From a virus (taxonomy: Duplodnaviria; Caudoviricetes): DNA of 58,644 nt. Position 1 is the stretch's first letter. Each line of letters starts with the position of its first letter. The stretch spans positions 1 to 58,644 of IMG/VR virus record IMGVR_UViG_3300044714_000125, one strand, 5' to 3'. Below are positions 35,263 to 45,133 of this stretch, piece after piece. The notes under the pieces were generated by a model. It searched no databases and was not told the origin of the DNA. It saw only the letters and a program-made list of their open reading frames with translations. Made by a program: the position numbers and the translations under genes.

Positions 35263-36119
35263 AGCTTGCTTTTTAGCTGATAAACATCTTTGACCCAATC
35301 GGCTATCTGTTTCGGGGTGCAGAAAAAACACTCCTTGAACGTACTGGATCCGATCAATTCCGGATCGCACCAGGTGCGCGGCAGCTTCGGCAAGCTCTTT
35401 TCGGGATAAAACATAACAGAGGGCCGCGCCAATAATCCGGACAGAATCCCGAGCCCTGAGGGGAAATAGAACCCGTAGGTGAGGCGCTTCATCATTTCGA
35501 TGACGTAGCCCAGCGGTTTGCCAATCGTTGAAATAAAGGGGACGTGGTCGGCGACCATGAGCGCCCTGATCTCATCGGCGACGCCAATATCCCAGTCGGC
35601 CCCAATTTGCACAAAGGTTGCCTCCGGAATATATTGATGCATTTCCCAAATCAGATCGAACCAACCCGTCGACCCCCAAAAACCCCATGCCCGCGCTGTA
35701 CTATATGCACTTGCATAAATCCCGATGTACGGCCCTTCCGGGAAGTCCGTTTTTACCACTTCCTCCCACTCTGCCGTCTGAAAGGGCAAAGAATAGCTGG
35801 TTGGCAGGTCCGGCAGGAAGGTCTCGATCCGCTGACCGGATTCCAGGTACTCGTTGGCCGACAGGAAGAATTCCTGTTCCTGGATCAGCCGCCAGTACTT
35901 CTTTTGCCGCTGGATGTTCCGCGGGCCGACGACCGAGTAGGGCAAGCCGGGGACGTATTCGCAGGAGGCGGCGATCTGCGGCAGGAGGTCGAATATCTGC
36001 TTTCCCCGTTGGGGACTGCCCGCATGAATCTGAAAGTTAAAGCGTTCTTTCGCGTTCACGAGCTTTTGCAATACCCACGCTGCGTCACCTAAACCCTGGC
36101 AAGTTTTAATGATTCTCAT
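35259..36119 (-). CDS. GT-B glycosyltransferase, family 9-like
   Basis: QGLGDAAW, YIGIY...WG.W....W..LI, V.IG..WD, GK.L...SGL.IL...PSVMFYP. Confidence 0.7.
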   Translation of the reverse strand: MRIIKTCQGLGDAAWVLQKLVNAKERFNFQIHAGSPQRGKQIFDLLPQIAASCEYVPGLPYSVVGPRNIQRQKKYWRLIQEQEFFLSANEYLESGQRIETFLPDLPTSYSLPFQTAEWEEVVKTDFPEGPYIGIYASAYSTARAWGFWGSTGWFDLIWEMHQYIPEATFVQIGADWDIGVADEIRALMVADHVPFISTIGKPLGYVIEMMKRLTYGFYFPSGLGILSGLLARPSVMFYPEKSLPKLPRTWCDPELIGSSTFKECFFCTPKQIADWVKDVYQLKSKL

Positions 36120-36672
36120 GGTCTTTTCTGTACTTTTCTAAAATGCCGCTTGCTGTAAGGTCTTTTATTTCCCTCCCCATTACAATAACTTCTCTCATAT
36201 CTCGGTCCGTCCAGTCAACTTCCCTGTTACCCTTGAAAATACGAAAGCCATGGGGGACGTTCATTTTACAATTGGGGGCATATTTGGAGTCTTCGGTATT
36301 GTAAAAAACGGCTTCTATCGCCGTCTTCGGATTTGATGCGTGGGCTTTCGTGTTAACTATAAAAACGTCGTCGTTCTGGCTGGCGGCAGGCATGCCTTCA
36401 AAATCTGACCCTTTCAGGGAAGGTTTGCCGTGTTCGAGCTCAACCAGCTTTTTGCATATTTGATCATAGCGTTCGTGCAAATCCTTGATCTGCTCATAAA
36501 CCTTATCGAATCTTGCCGCTATTTCGTCAAATGGATCATGCACGGGTCGGGCTTTTACCATGCCAGTTTCTAATCGGAATAACATTTCATTATTAGCCCT
36601 TTCCTGAATTGAATGAGGGACATTTGAATTTGTGATCAGGGTCACAAGTTGATCATTTGTTAGCGGTTCCAT
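36106..36672 (-). CDS. hypothetical protein
   Basis: ORF track; operon context. Confidence 0.65.
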   Translation of the reverse strand: MEPLTNDQLVTLITNSNVPHSIQERANNEMLFRLETGMVKARPVHDPFDEIAARFDKVYEQIKDLHERYDQICKKLVELEHGKPSLKGSDFEGMPAASQNDDVFIVNTKAHASNPKTAIEAVFYNTEDSKYAPNCKMNVPHGFRIFKGNREVDWTDRDMREVIVMGREIKDLTASGILEKYRKDHENH

Positions 36673-36901
36673 TATCTACAGTTTTTGTTTTCTCCTTAAA
36701 AATTCGTTTGCCGGCCGCCCAGACTCCCCAGCCAATCAGCACCCCCGGCCAGAACAGCGCCACCCCGATATTGCGGACGTCGAAGTAGGCATCCTTTCTG
36801 ATCTCCAAAGGATTATCTCTTTCTTCCGCCGAACAGATTAAGTGTAGCGCAATAGCGCATGTGATGGCGTAGAGGACGGCGGCGAGGATGGGCCAGATCA
36901 T
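36653..36901 (-). CDS. two-TM membrane protein
   Basis: two hydrophobic segments; LFWP motif. Confidence 0.6.
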   Translation of the reverse strand: MIWPILAAVLYAITCAIALHLICSAEERDNPLEIRKDAYFDVRNIGVALFWPGVLIGWGVWAAGKRIFKEKTKTVDNGTANK

Positions 36902-37134
36902 AGCGTTTCCTCCTGCGTTTCTGCCCACGGGCTTATTTTGAATGGAATGCGGCCTAAAAGCCTGACACCTTCATATATCCAAAAATCCGCGTCGCAACCT
37001 TCCTTCGCGCTGGGCTTGATTTTAAGGGTCAGGCCGTCTTTCTCAAATTGATGACCGTGAATCATCTCGTGGCCCTTGAAATTGAATTCAACGCCGGTTC
37101 CGTCGAGCTTTATTGCATAAACGTTGATATTCAT
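36898..37134 (-). CDS. hypothetical protein
   Basis: ATGA-coupled. Confidence 0.6.
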   Translation of the reverse strand: MNINVYAIKLDGTGVEFNFKGHEMIHGHQFEKDGLTLKIKPSAKEGCDADFWIYEGVRLLGRIPFKISPWAETQEETL

Positions 37135-37580
37135 AGATTCACCTCCAATTCTTTACCCCTCAAACAATAAGTGATATTTTGCAGTTGGTGTAAATATTCC
37201 AGCGGGATATAGCCGAATTCGTTAAGAAACCATCTTCCATCGTCTTCATGCCAGACGGTCATATATTCCCGGTGATGCTCGGTATCATCATAGGTCAGAG
37301 TATAATCCATCGGCCCATATCCGGGAGAAGGATTTTCCAATGCTGGCTCAAATCCGCACCTCTTGAGAATGTCTATGGTCAGAGGAACGCCGAAAACATT
37401 CTCCTGAGCCGTAAAAAAAGGAACATTAACCTGTTGATCAGATACAAATTCGTTACCGTCAATAAAATCTTCCATTTCTTCCAGACAAATACCTTCACGG
37501 TGAATCCACAGGACCGGTAGGATGCGGCCCTTATTGTCGCGGACCATATTGCCAATTCTCAATTCCGACATTTGTATCAT
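37131..37580 (-). CDS. Bacteroidota-phage hypothetical family protein (paralog of 30250..30663)
   Basis: ELRIGN...VPLT.DIL..CGF...HQLQN....L.G.EL.V.L. Confidence 0.8.
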   Translation of the reverse strand: MIQMSELRIGNMVRDNKGRILPVLWIHREGICLEEMEDFIDGNEFVSDQQVNVPFFTAQENVFGVPLTIDILKRCGFEPALENPSPGYGPMDYTLTYDDTEHHREYMTVWHEDDGRWFLNEFGYIPLEYLHQLQNITYCLRGKELEVNL

Positions 37581-38239
37581 GCCTCATATTTTGACTTGTG
37601 ACTGTAAAGTTTATCAAAAAGCGGCACCATCTTTTCCACCACCCCGTCCGCCGTGCTAAACCATGACCGTCCTTTTAGCTCCTTTGCCGTGAAGGGAGCC
37701 CGGAACTTGCAGTCCTCCATCTGGACGCCGGTGACGCGCGCATACATGGCATATGCGCTGTGAATACAAATTCCAAACGGGTCAGCCCAGCGAAAGACGC
37801 GCATCTTTTGGAGAATTGCCCGCTGCATCAAAATGGGCCGGTGAATATCGAAGTTATTGCCTTTCGGGGCTATTCTGAGCGTATTGGCGACCGTCTTTTT
37901 GTAGTTTGAGTTCCGGGATAGGCTATAGAACTTATTAAGGAGGGTCATGTCCCAGGCATATTGTTCCTGCCAGGGATATAGGAGGTAGTGATCGTCGTGG
38001 GCCACAATAAACTCATCCGCCGGGCATAAGAGCAACTTTTCGAACATATTCCGTTCCCGCTGGTGCGGCTCTGGCCGATCCTTCGCCGGGATGTGCTCAA
38101 CCCCTTGAATCCAGTCCGGCAAGCCCCCGATAACGTAAATTTTCTCCGGCTTAATATAAAGCTCAAATCCTCTCAAAGCATATCGTAAATCGAGATATCC
38201 ATTGGGCGAAGCCGATGCAAGGGGAATGGCGATAGTCAT
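37577..38239 (-). CDS. Stealth-like (GT-A) sugar/sugar-phosphate transferase
   Basis: DLRYALRG, IYVIGG.PDWI..V.HI, FIVAHDDHY, FDIHRP. Confidence 0.65.
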   Translation of the reverse strand: MTIAIPLASASPNGYLDLRYALRGFELYIKPEKIYVIGGLPDWIQGVEHIPAKDRPEPHQRERNMFEKLLLCPADEFIVAHDDHYLLYPWQEQYAWDMTLLNKFYSLSRNSNYKKTVANTLRIAPKGNNFDIHRPILMQRAILQKMRVFRWADPFGICIHSAYAMYARVTGVQMEDCKFRAPFTAKELKGRSWFSTADGVVEKMVPLFDKLYSHKSKYEA

Positions 38240-38598
38240 GCTATTTCCCATTTTGCGCATTTCTTACTCGACCATTCAAGATTTGAGGCCTTTACGTTAA
38301 GCGGATTCCCATCTAAATGCCTGATGAATTGATAATTATATGGATTGGGAAGGAATGCGCCAGCGACCAAGTAAGCAACGGAGAAATATTTCGGACCTCC
38401 CAATGTTCTGAAACCTATCGAAATTATTTGTTTCCCCCTTCGCGGCTTGAGAATCTTTTCCCTCAAAATTCTGGGGGGTTTTCCTGTTTGAGCGATATAT
38501 CGTTCAGTAGATTTGACGCCTCCCAAATTACTCACCTGATAGGCATATTGAAAATCGTCAACATGAACCGGATGCCAGATTTCCGAATTTATCTCCAT
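38236..38598 (-). CDS. NUMOD4-HNH homing endonuclease, C-terminally short or degenerate
   Basis: EIW.P..., YQVSNLG.VKS, LVA.AFLPNP...HLDGNPLN...NLEW. Confidence 0.75.
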   Translation of the reverse strand: MEINSEIWHPVHVDDFQYAYQVSNLGGVKSTERYIAQTGKPPRILREKILKPRRGKQIISIGFRTLGGPKYFSVAYLVAGAFLPNPYNYQFIRHLDGNPLNVKASNLEWSSKKCAKWEIA

Positions 38599-38688
38599 AA
38601 AAAGGGGTTGAAAGACACAATATAGGCTCAAAAATGACGAAATGATTCAATCTTTTGAAAAAAATTTACGCTTGACTTTTGAACATTC

Positions 38689-38696
38689 TAAATTTA
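38689..38696 (+). promoter_or_regulatory. candidate promoter box for head/tail operon
   Basis: TAAATTTA in the AT-rich divergent gap before the portal. Confidence 0.35.
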
Positions 38697-38806
38697 GAAT
38701 GTGGAATCGCCTAAGAATCAAAAGACTAAAGCAGCCAAGAAAAAAATCCCCGTTGTCCAAGCCTATCAGGACCGCTTATCCCTCCGACTGAAAAAGCCAA
38801 TTGTGC

Positions 38807-40279
38807 ATGGGAAATAGCCTCGCCATAGCCAGCCAGAAACTTATTCGCGGGCTCTCCACGAAATGGATTGGCGACCCCTACATTGCGGAAGCGGCTGTCC
38901 TGGTTCCCTCCCAGTTCCGGGACAACACGGGCGGTCCAAACTGGTTCTTTGGCCCCAATGGGATCGATTACCGGTTCATCTTCGACGGGGCGACATCAGC
39001 CACCAAAGCCTACAACAAATGCCCGCCGCTGGCTGCCATCATCAACAGAAAGGCCCAGGCGTACATCAACGGACGGACCGAGATCATCAACACCCAGGGA
39101 AAAGCCAATGGCAAGCCGGCAACCAATGAGAAGGCAGTAAAGATCATGGCCTTGATGAACAATCCCAACCCGCTTTGTTCCGCCAATGACTTCGAGGCCC
39201 AAATGTTCCTGTATATCCAGTTGTTTGGATATTGCCCCATTCTACCCATATACCCGGCCGGTTTCGAGGTCCTGAAAGACTTATCTGAGGCGACGTCCTT
39301 ATGGATCATTCCTCCATACATGCTTGATTGGAAAGAGAATAAGACGAGCATGTGGTATAATGCGAAAACCCAAGCTGATATCGTCCCGAAGCTGATTATC
39401 AAGTACAAAGACCTCAAAACCGAGATCGACATCAACGATCTTGTCATCTTCAAGGACTTCACCCCCAGTTTCGAAAGTTTCGTCTTCCCGGGCTCCCGCA
39501 TTCGTCCCCTGGCGATGCCGATCAACAACATTATAGGGGCATACGAGGCCCGGGGAGAGCTGATCAATTACGCCGGTAGCCAGGGCATCCTTACCCCAGA
39601 AATGGACTCCATGGGCGCCATACCGCTCCGGGAATCGGAAAAGGATCAGATACAAGCCGACTTCAAGAGACAATATGGGATCAAGTCCGGACAGTCCCGG
39701 TATATCATCTCCCCGGCGCCGATGAAGTGGCAGGGAATGGGTCGCGCGACCAAAGAACTTGAACTCTTTTCGGAAGTCGTCGACGACATCATGCGGATAT
39801 GCGATAGCTACAATTATCCCTCTCCGCTGCTGAATACTGAAAAAGGGCCGAACGTCGCAAATACGCAGGAGTACAAAAAAATGGTCTATGAGGAGGCAAT
39901 TATCCCCGAAAGCCTCAGCATTTACGCCCAGTGGAACAAGGCTTTCAAACTCGATGATCAGCCGATGAAGATCCAAAAGACCTACGATCACTTGCCCATC
40001 TTGCAGCAGGACCAGGTTCTGGAGGGGCAGGCTCGGCTACAAATGAATCAAGCGCTTGAAATAGAATGGAGAAACAATAACATCACCTTGAATAGATGGA
40101 GGGCCATAAATGGCGAGGAGCCCACCGATGACGGGGATATTTACTATTATCAAACTCAAGGCAAAACATCACTCCTTGATCAAGCGCCAGAGCCAGCTAT
40201 TCATGAACCTCAATACGAACCCGGAGCTCCCCCTGCAAAATATTTCAGTCGAAACGGCAAATCAAAAATCTTCAACTAA
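38807..40279 (+). CDS. portal protein (HK97-like)
   Basis: L..NPNP...F......L.G..., ~490 aa, IT.N.WR...G..P..DGD; precedes protease and capsid. Confidence 0.9.
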   Translation: MGNSLAIASQKLIRGLSTKWIGDPYIAEAAVLVPSQFRDNTGGPNWFFGPNGIDYRFIFDGATSATKAYNKCPPLAAIINRKAQAYINGRTEIINTQGKANGKPATNEKAVKIMALMNNPNPLCSANDFEAQMFLYIQLFGYCPILPIYPAGFEVLKDLSEATSLWIIPPYMLDWKENKTSMWYNAKTQADIVPKLIIKYKDLKTEIDINDLVIFKDFTPSFESFVFPGSRIRPLAMPINNIIGAYEARGELINYAGSQGILTPEMDSMGAIPLRESEKDQIQADFKRQYGIKSGQSRYIISPAPMKWQGMGRATKELELFSEVVDDIMRICDSYNYPSPLLNTEKGPNVANTQEYKKMVYEEAIIPESLSIYAQWNKAFKLDDQPMKIQKTYDHLPILQQDQVLEGQARLQMNQALEIEWRNNNITLNRWRAINGEEPTDDGDIYYYQTQGKTSLLDQAPEPAIHEPQYEPGAPPAKYFSRNGKSKIFN

Positions 40280-40285
40280 TACGCC

Positions 40286-41278
40286 ATGCAAACCAAGAAA
40301 AGCAAATATAGCCGCCCGGCGCTCCCGGTGAACTACAAAAGCCTGCATGAATATAAGTACACCTTCGACGAAAACAGCCTGACTGTCAGCGGCTACCTAT
40401 CTATCTTCAATGTCGTCGACAGCGATATGGATATGATCGTCAAGGGCGCTTTTGCCAAGTCAATCACCGAACGAGGCCCCGATAGCAGCACGCATCGAAA
40501 GATTGCCTTTCTGTGGCAGCATAAAATGGATCAGCCCATCGGCAAAATGAAAGTTCTGAAGGAGGACAATATCGGCCTTTATTTCGAAGCGGTCCTCGAT
40601 GACCCCGAGAGTGTCCCGCTGGCAAAGCAGGCATTGGCGCAGTTGAAATCGGGCACCCTGGATCAATTTTCAATCGGCTACTCCTACGTCTGGGACAAAA
40701 TGGAATACGACGAAGCCCTGGACGCTTTCGTCTGCAAAGAGATCAACTTATTCGAGGGAAGCGTGGTAACCCTTGGCGCGAACGAATACACATTTTTTGA
40801 CGGCATGAAATCTTCTGATATGAAAAATGCAAAACAACTCCTGCTGAAGGAAACCGAGAGTTTCATCAAATCCCTGCCGGCGGACCAGCAGTACGCATGC
40901 CGGCAAATCATCACCAAAAACATTCAGTTGGCGATGACCCGGCTGAAAGGCGACACCGTGCCGAAGGATCCAGAACAGGACCCGCCGGATGAATCGGAAG
41001 ACCCCAACATGGATTACATCCATAAATGTCTGGGCGTCCACGCCAAGGGGCTGGGCCTGATCGATGACTACTCGGACGCCGTCGATAACGATGAGTTGAC
41101 CGATTGTATGAAAGAGTTCAAGGATGTGCATACGGATTGTATGCAAAAAGTCCTCGACATAAAAGCAGATATCCAAGGGGATGGAAAATCACTCCGCCAG
41201 CCGCGACAAAAAGCACTGCCCGAGCCGATCACAGACCTGAAAGCTGCGTTAGAATCAACCAATTTTTTCACCAGCTAA
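40286..41278 (+). CDS. HK97-family prohead protease with C-terminal extension
   Basis: GYLSIFNVVDSD.D.I.KGAF, LWQH, ED..GLYF, FSIG, L.EGS.VT.GAN. Confidence 0.92.
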   Translation: MQTKKSKYSRPALPVNYKSLHEYKYTFDENSLTVSGYLSIFNVVDSDMDMIVKGAFAKSITERGPDSSTHRKIAFLWQHKMDQPIGKMKVLKEDNIGLYFEAVLDDPESVPLAKQALAQLKSGTLDQFSIGYSYVWDKMEYDEALDAFVCKEINLFEGSVVTLGANEYTFFDGMKSSDMKNAKQLLLKETESFIKSLPADQQYACRQIITKNIQLAMTRLKGDTVPKDPEQDPPDESEDPNMDYIHKCLGVHAKGLGLIDDYSDAVDNDELTDCMKEFKDVHTDCMQKVLDIKADIQGDGKSLRQPRQKALPEPITDLKAALESTNFFTS

Positions 41279-41287
41279 TTTAACATT

Positions 41288-42595
41288 ATGGCACTGACAG
41301 CAGATGAATTAAAGGCCATCAAGGACAAGATAGCCTCGGAATTCGCGCTAAAAGACGCGGAATTCCAAAAAAGTGTCCAGGCGCTGGTCGATGCAGCCGT
41401 TACAAAGCTCAGCGCGGGGGCGATCAAAAAAGAAGAGTTCGACGGACTCTTGCAGGCTGCCCTGGCTGACTACGGCACCAAAGCCACCAACCTGGAAAAA
41501 GTTCTCCGCGAACAAGGGGAAATCCTCAATGGACTGAAAAACGTTATTGAGGTCAAAGGGGAGCAGCAGACCACCCTGCAGGAGATTTTGAAACCGCACA
41601 TGGACGACATCGCCAAAATGCGCAAGGATGGCACCGGCTTCATCCGGATCGATTTCAAGGATGTCAAGAATCTCAAAACAGTCACCTCCATCGGCAATAG
41701 CGTGACGCCCATGGCGGCCCCTCCGGGATCGCCTTACGCGCCGGGGATCTCGACCGAACCGCTCAGCCTGTACGACATCATCCGCAACCCGCTCTTTGTG
41801 AGCAATTACGTGGATACGGCGAGTACGGACCTGTCGAGAATGGCGTGGATCAATGAAACTTCCCTGGTGGGTCTTCCTGCCCTCGTGTTGGAAGGAGCGC
41901 CGAAGCCGAGCTCTTACCGGACGTTTCAGGTCATGTATAGCCAAGCCAAAAAGGTGGCTGATTACATCCAGATCACCGAAGAGTTCGACAAGGACCTGAA
42001 CTATCTGGCGAACCTGGTGAAGAGCCTGCTCCAGATGGACGTCGCCCGTGCGTATGACTTGCAGATCCAGGCCGACCTGATTGCTGCCGCTACACAGTTG
42101 AACTTCACGACTCCGCTGGGACCGAATGGATTGACCATCGCCCCCTATAAAGGTCAAATTCTCGACGCAACGATCTGGGATGCACTCTTCGCGATGGGTA
42201 CCGCGGTCCGACTGGCCAACTTCGTGCCGAACGTGAGCCTGCTCAACCCGATCACCTACGGCAAGATGGTGATGACCAAAGACCTCTATGGTCGTTATAA
42301 CGTCCCTCCGGAGGAAATGGTAGCACAGGTCAATCCCAAACAGGGTAACAACGTCTTCGCGGACTACGCCCTGGTAGGCGATCTGAAGCAGTTCAAGGTC
42401 TTCATCTATGAGGATTTCAGCCTGAAGATCGGCTGGATCAATGACGACCTGATCCGCAATCAGTACACCATCGTTTCGGAAGTTCGTTTCCATGACTTCA
42501 TCTCGACGGCCCGGCAGAACGCGATTGTGTACGCTGACGCGAAATACATTGCTGAACAAATGAATACCAACTCCGCACCGATCATCGGCAGCTAA
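41288..42595 (+). CDS. major capsid protein (HK97 fold)
   Basis: N-terminal helical delta-like domain; EGAPKP, KKVA.YI.ITEE, VGD.K, D...N.YT...E.R. Confidence 0.92.
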   Translation: MALTADELKAIKDKIASEFALKDAEFQKSVQALVDAAVTKLSAGAIKKEEFDGLLQAALADYGTKATNLEKVLREQGEILNGLKNVIEVKGEQQTTLQEILKPHMDDIAKMRKDGTGFIRIDFKDVKNLKTVTSIGNSVTPMAAPPGSPYAPGISTEPLSLYDIIRNPLFVSNYVDTASTDLSRMAWINETSLVGLPALVLEGAPKPSSYRTFQVMYSQAKKVADYIQITEEFDKDLNYLANLVKSLLQMDVARAYDLQIQADLIAAATQLNFTTPLGPNGLTIAPYKGQILDATIWDALFAMGTAVRLANFVPNVSLLNPITYGKMVMTKDLYGRYNVPPEEMVAQVNPKQGNNVFADYALVGDLKQFKVFIYEDFSLKIGWINDDLIRNQYTIVSEVRFHDFISTARQNAIVYADAKYIAEQMNTNSAPIIGS

Positions 42596-42600
42596 AAGTC

Positions 42601-43524
42601 ATGAGCCTGATCGATTCGTCATATTTCATTGGCCCATTAACGGTGGCGCAACTGGGACAGCAGTCCGTACAGAACAATTTAAACCTGTTCATCGCGCGGG
42701 CGGAACCGCAATTCCTGGAAGCGGCCCTGGGGTACGACTTATGGCAGGACTTTATCACGGGGCTCGCCCAGCCGGTTATCGACCCGCGTTGGCTGGCCCT
42801 GCTGAACGGGGTGCAGTTTAAGTCAGTTTCGAACTGGCCGAACTGGTACATGGGTTTCAATATGTACAATTGGTACTACTGGCTGAATTCTCAACGGGAC
42901 ATGTATTTTCCAGGTTTTGCGACTCAAACGACGTTTGTCTCTCCGACTCCGCTATCTCCGACGGTCACCCTGATCGCCGGGAACGCGACGGGGAATCCGA
43001 CCCCGAACTGGCCTAACCCGGTCGTGGGGGCGAATTTCTATACATATTCCGGGTTGGCTAATGCGATCTACACTATCAACCGGAGGGGAGTGGGTCCGCT
43101 GATCAATGGAATAGACTATGCTCTATCCAACAACAACCAGACGTTTACACTGCTGGCGGTTGGGGACAAATGGGGTGCTCAGGATGTACTGATTTTGACG
43201 ATCACGACGGCTAACAATGTCGGGGCGCCGTCAAATCAATATGTAAGCCCGATTGCGGGGTACGTCTACTACCTGTGGGTCAGGGACCAGATCAGCATGA
43301 ACACGGGAGCGGGCATCGTTCAACCCAACCCGGAGAACGCGGAGCGGGCGAACCCGTCATGGAGAATGGTGGACGCCTGGAACCAAATGGTGCTGGACGT
43401 CTTCAAGCTCTGGCAATATCTGGAGGCGATGTACGTGCAGCAGGGGCCGACCTATTACGTCAGCTATGACCGGACGAAGATCAATTATCCGTTTTTTCAA
43501 CCCATTAATCCTTTCAACATATGA
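42601..43524 (+). CDS. head-tail adaptor with inserted beta-rich domain
   Basis: MSLID.SYF.G...FI...EP.FL..ALG...SPIA.YVYY...AWN.MV...IN.FNI; follows capsid gene. Confidence 0.7.
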   Translation: MSLIDSSYFIGPLTVAQLGQQSVQNNLNLFIARAEPQFLEAALGYDLWQDFITGLAQPVIDPRWLALLNGVQFKSVSNWPNWYMGFNMYNWYYWLNSQRDMYFPGFATQTTFVSPTPLSPTVTLIAGNATGNPTPNWPNPVVGANFYTYSGLANAIYTINRRGVGPLINGIDYALSNNNQTFTLLAVGDKWGAQDVLILTITTANNVGAPSNQYVSPIAGYVYYLWVRDQISMNTGAGIVQPNPENAERANPSWRMVDAWNQMVLDVFKLWQYLEAMYVQQGPTYYVSYDRTKINYPFFQPINPFNI

Positions 43525-44108
43525 CGACGACGAAGCCGGTCTATATTGTTGATCTGATTGGGACGGTGGTCCAGGCGGTCATCGCGGAGGTACTCGCGCA
43601 GATTCAGGCGGCGGAACTCGCCGCATTGGGGTCGACGAACATCACGACGATCAACTACCAATACGGACACTTTCGGGAATTGATCGTCACCCTTGGTCAA
43701 TGGGATACCGACCCCACGCTGCGCATGGGGAAATACCCGATGATCTACGTCGTCCAGGATTTTGTCGAACACCGGGGGAAACTGGCCGGAGTATACGCCG
43801 ATCTGTCTTTACAGGTCATTATCTGCCATCAAACGGAAAGCGATTACAAGATCACCGACAGGTATGCCAATGTATTCAAGCCCGTGCTTTACCCGATTTA
43901 TTACTCCTTCATGAAAAACGTCGCCCTGAGTAACATGACTTTTCCTTCGAGCCCCGATCTGATCGCTCATGATAAGTGGGACCGGTCTTTTTGGGGAATG
44001 AGCAAGGTAGTGGGATCAGGCGGCACGGACCGATCAGTGCTCAATGACTTTGTCGACGCGATCGATATTCAGAACCTTCAGCTCAAAATTGATTATCAAC
44101 CCTGCTAA
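43521..44108 (+). CDS. neck / tail-terminator-like protein
   Basis: position between adaptor and tail tube; KYP.I, R....FKP.L.PIY..F, D..DAI.I.NL.L. Confidence 0.6.
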   Translation: MTTTKPVYIVDLIGTVVQAVIAEVLAQIQAAELAALGSTNITTINYQYGHFRELIVTLGQWDTDPTLRMGKYPMIYVVQDFVEHRGKLAGVYADLSLQVIICHQTESDYKITDRYANVFKPVLYPIYYSFMKNVALSNMTFPSSPDLIAHDKWDRSFWGMSKVVGSGGTDRSVLNDFVDAIDIQNLQLKIDYQPC

Positions 44109-44130
44109 CAAGCAGTAAAACAACATTTTT

Positions 44131-45096
44131 ATGGCACTCATTCACGAATTAAACTGCGCTTCAACCCGGAAAAACACCGGATTCGGCGCGGGGTGTCCGC
44201 TGGATTGGAAGCTCTTCGCCGGGGCCATCATCTGGGATCAACCCATGATCTTTGAAGCGGCATGGTTGGCCAACCTTCCGGTCTTTCTGCAAGCCAATGC
44301 CTGGCAGAACCTTCCCGGAGGCGTGCTCGGGGGCGCTCCCCGCGGATACCCCATTGGTAATTTCCTCAACCCGGAGGACGCCACGGAAAAACCGACGATC
44401 CAGACCTTTAGCGATGGCTCCAAGGCCAAGGTAAGGGACGGGACGTATGACTGGACCTTTGATTTCACCAGCGGCGGATTTCCGCTCCTGCAGGCCTTAC
44501 AGACCCATGACGGAAACAGCACGGAATACGCGATTTTTTACGACAAGAACAACAATGTGCTGGGCTATAACAACAACGGCAAGTTTGCGGCTATTCCGCT
44601 GCAAATCTTCGACGCGCTGCCCTGGATGATGAATGATGGGTCCAAGACGGCTAAATATTCGGTGCATTTCGTCTTCGCCAAACAGTACGCGAATGACTTC
44701 GCCGAGTACTTTAATGCCGGGTTCAATATGGGTCAGATCGTCGGTCTTCAGGACATTCGTATCGTGGTTAACGGCTGGAATCAGTCGACAGGTCTGGCCA
44801 ATGTTACTTTCCTCACGGAAAACGGCGGCACGAACCTGTATAGCCTATACAGTGCGGAATTCAACACGACCACGCTGGGTGCCACCAATGGCGACACGGG
44901 GGCCGTTCTTCCGATCACTTCAATCACGCCGATTGTCTCTAACCAGACGTTCAACATTCAGTTTCCCACCGGGAATGCGAATTATCCGACCGACGGCAAT
45001 ATCGTACTGGCCTTCGCGCTGCCTTCTGTTCTCGCAGCCAATGGCCTCGTAGGCTTCGCCGGCGAATCCGCTATCATGGATGTAACCTCTTCATAA
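44131..45096 (+). CDS. major tail (tube) protein
   Basis: 321 aa, beta-rich, followed by a terminator-like hairpin; no sheath gene seen. Confidence 0.7.
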   Translation: MALIHELNCASTRKNTGFGAGCPLDWKLFAGAIIWDQPMIFEAAWLANLPVFLQANAWQNLPGGVLGGAPRGYPIGNFLNPEDATEKPTIQTFSDGSKAKVRDGTYDWTFDFTSGGFPLLQALQTHDGNSTEYAIFYDKNNNVLGYNNNGKFAAIPLQIFDALPWMMNDGSKTAKYSVHFVFAKQYANDFAEYFNAGFNMGQIVGLQDIRIVVNGWNQSTGLANVTFLTENGGTNLYSLYSAEFNTTTLGATNGDTGAVLPITSITPIVSNQTFNIQFPTGNANYPTDGNIVLAFALPSVLAANGLVGFAGESAIMDVTSS

Positions 45097-45105
45097 CCAT
45101 TAAAC

Positions 45106-45131
45106 GGGGCCCCGTAAGGCCCCTCCTTTTT
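45106..45131 (+). terminator. terminator/attenuator hairpin after tail tube gene
   Basis: GGGGCC / GGCCCC stem plus TCCTTTTT. Confidence 0.55.
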
Positions 45132-45133
45132 CT

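Noticed and set aside
39010-39991. Minus-strand ORFs inside the portal gene
   Set aside because: Antisense shadows; the same applies to 12561..13172, 47895..48503 and 49932..50609.
41348-42559. 403-aa minus-strand ORF
   Set aside because: Codon-aligned antisense shadow of the capsid gene with no protein-like motifs.
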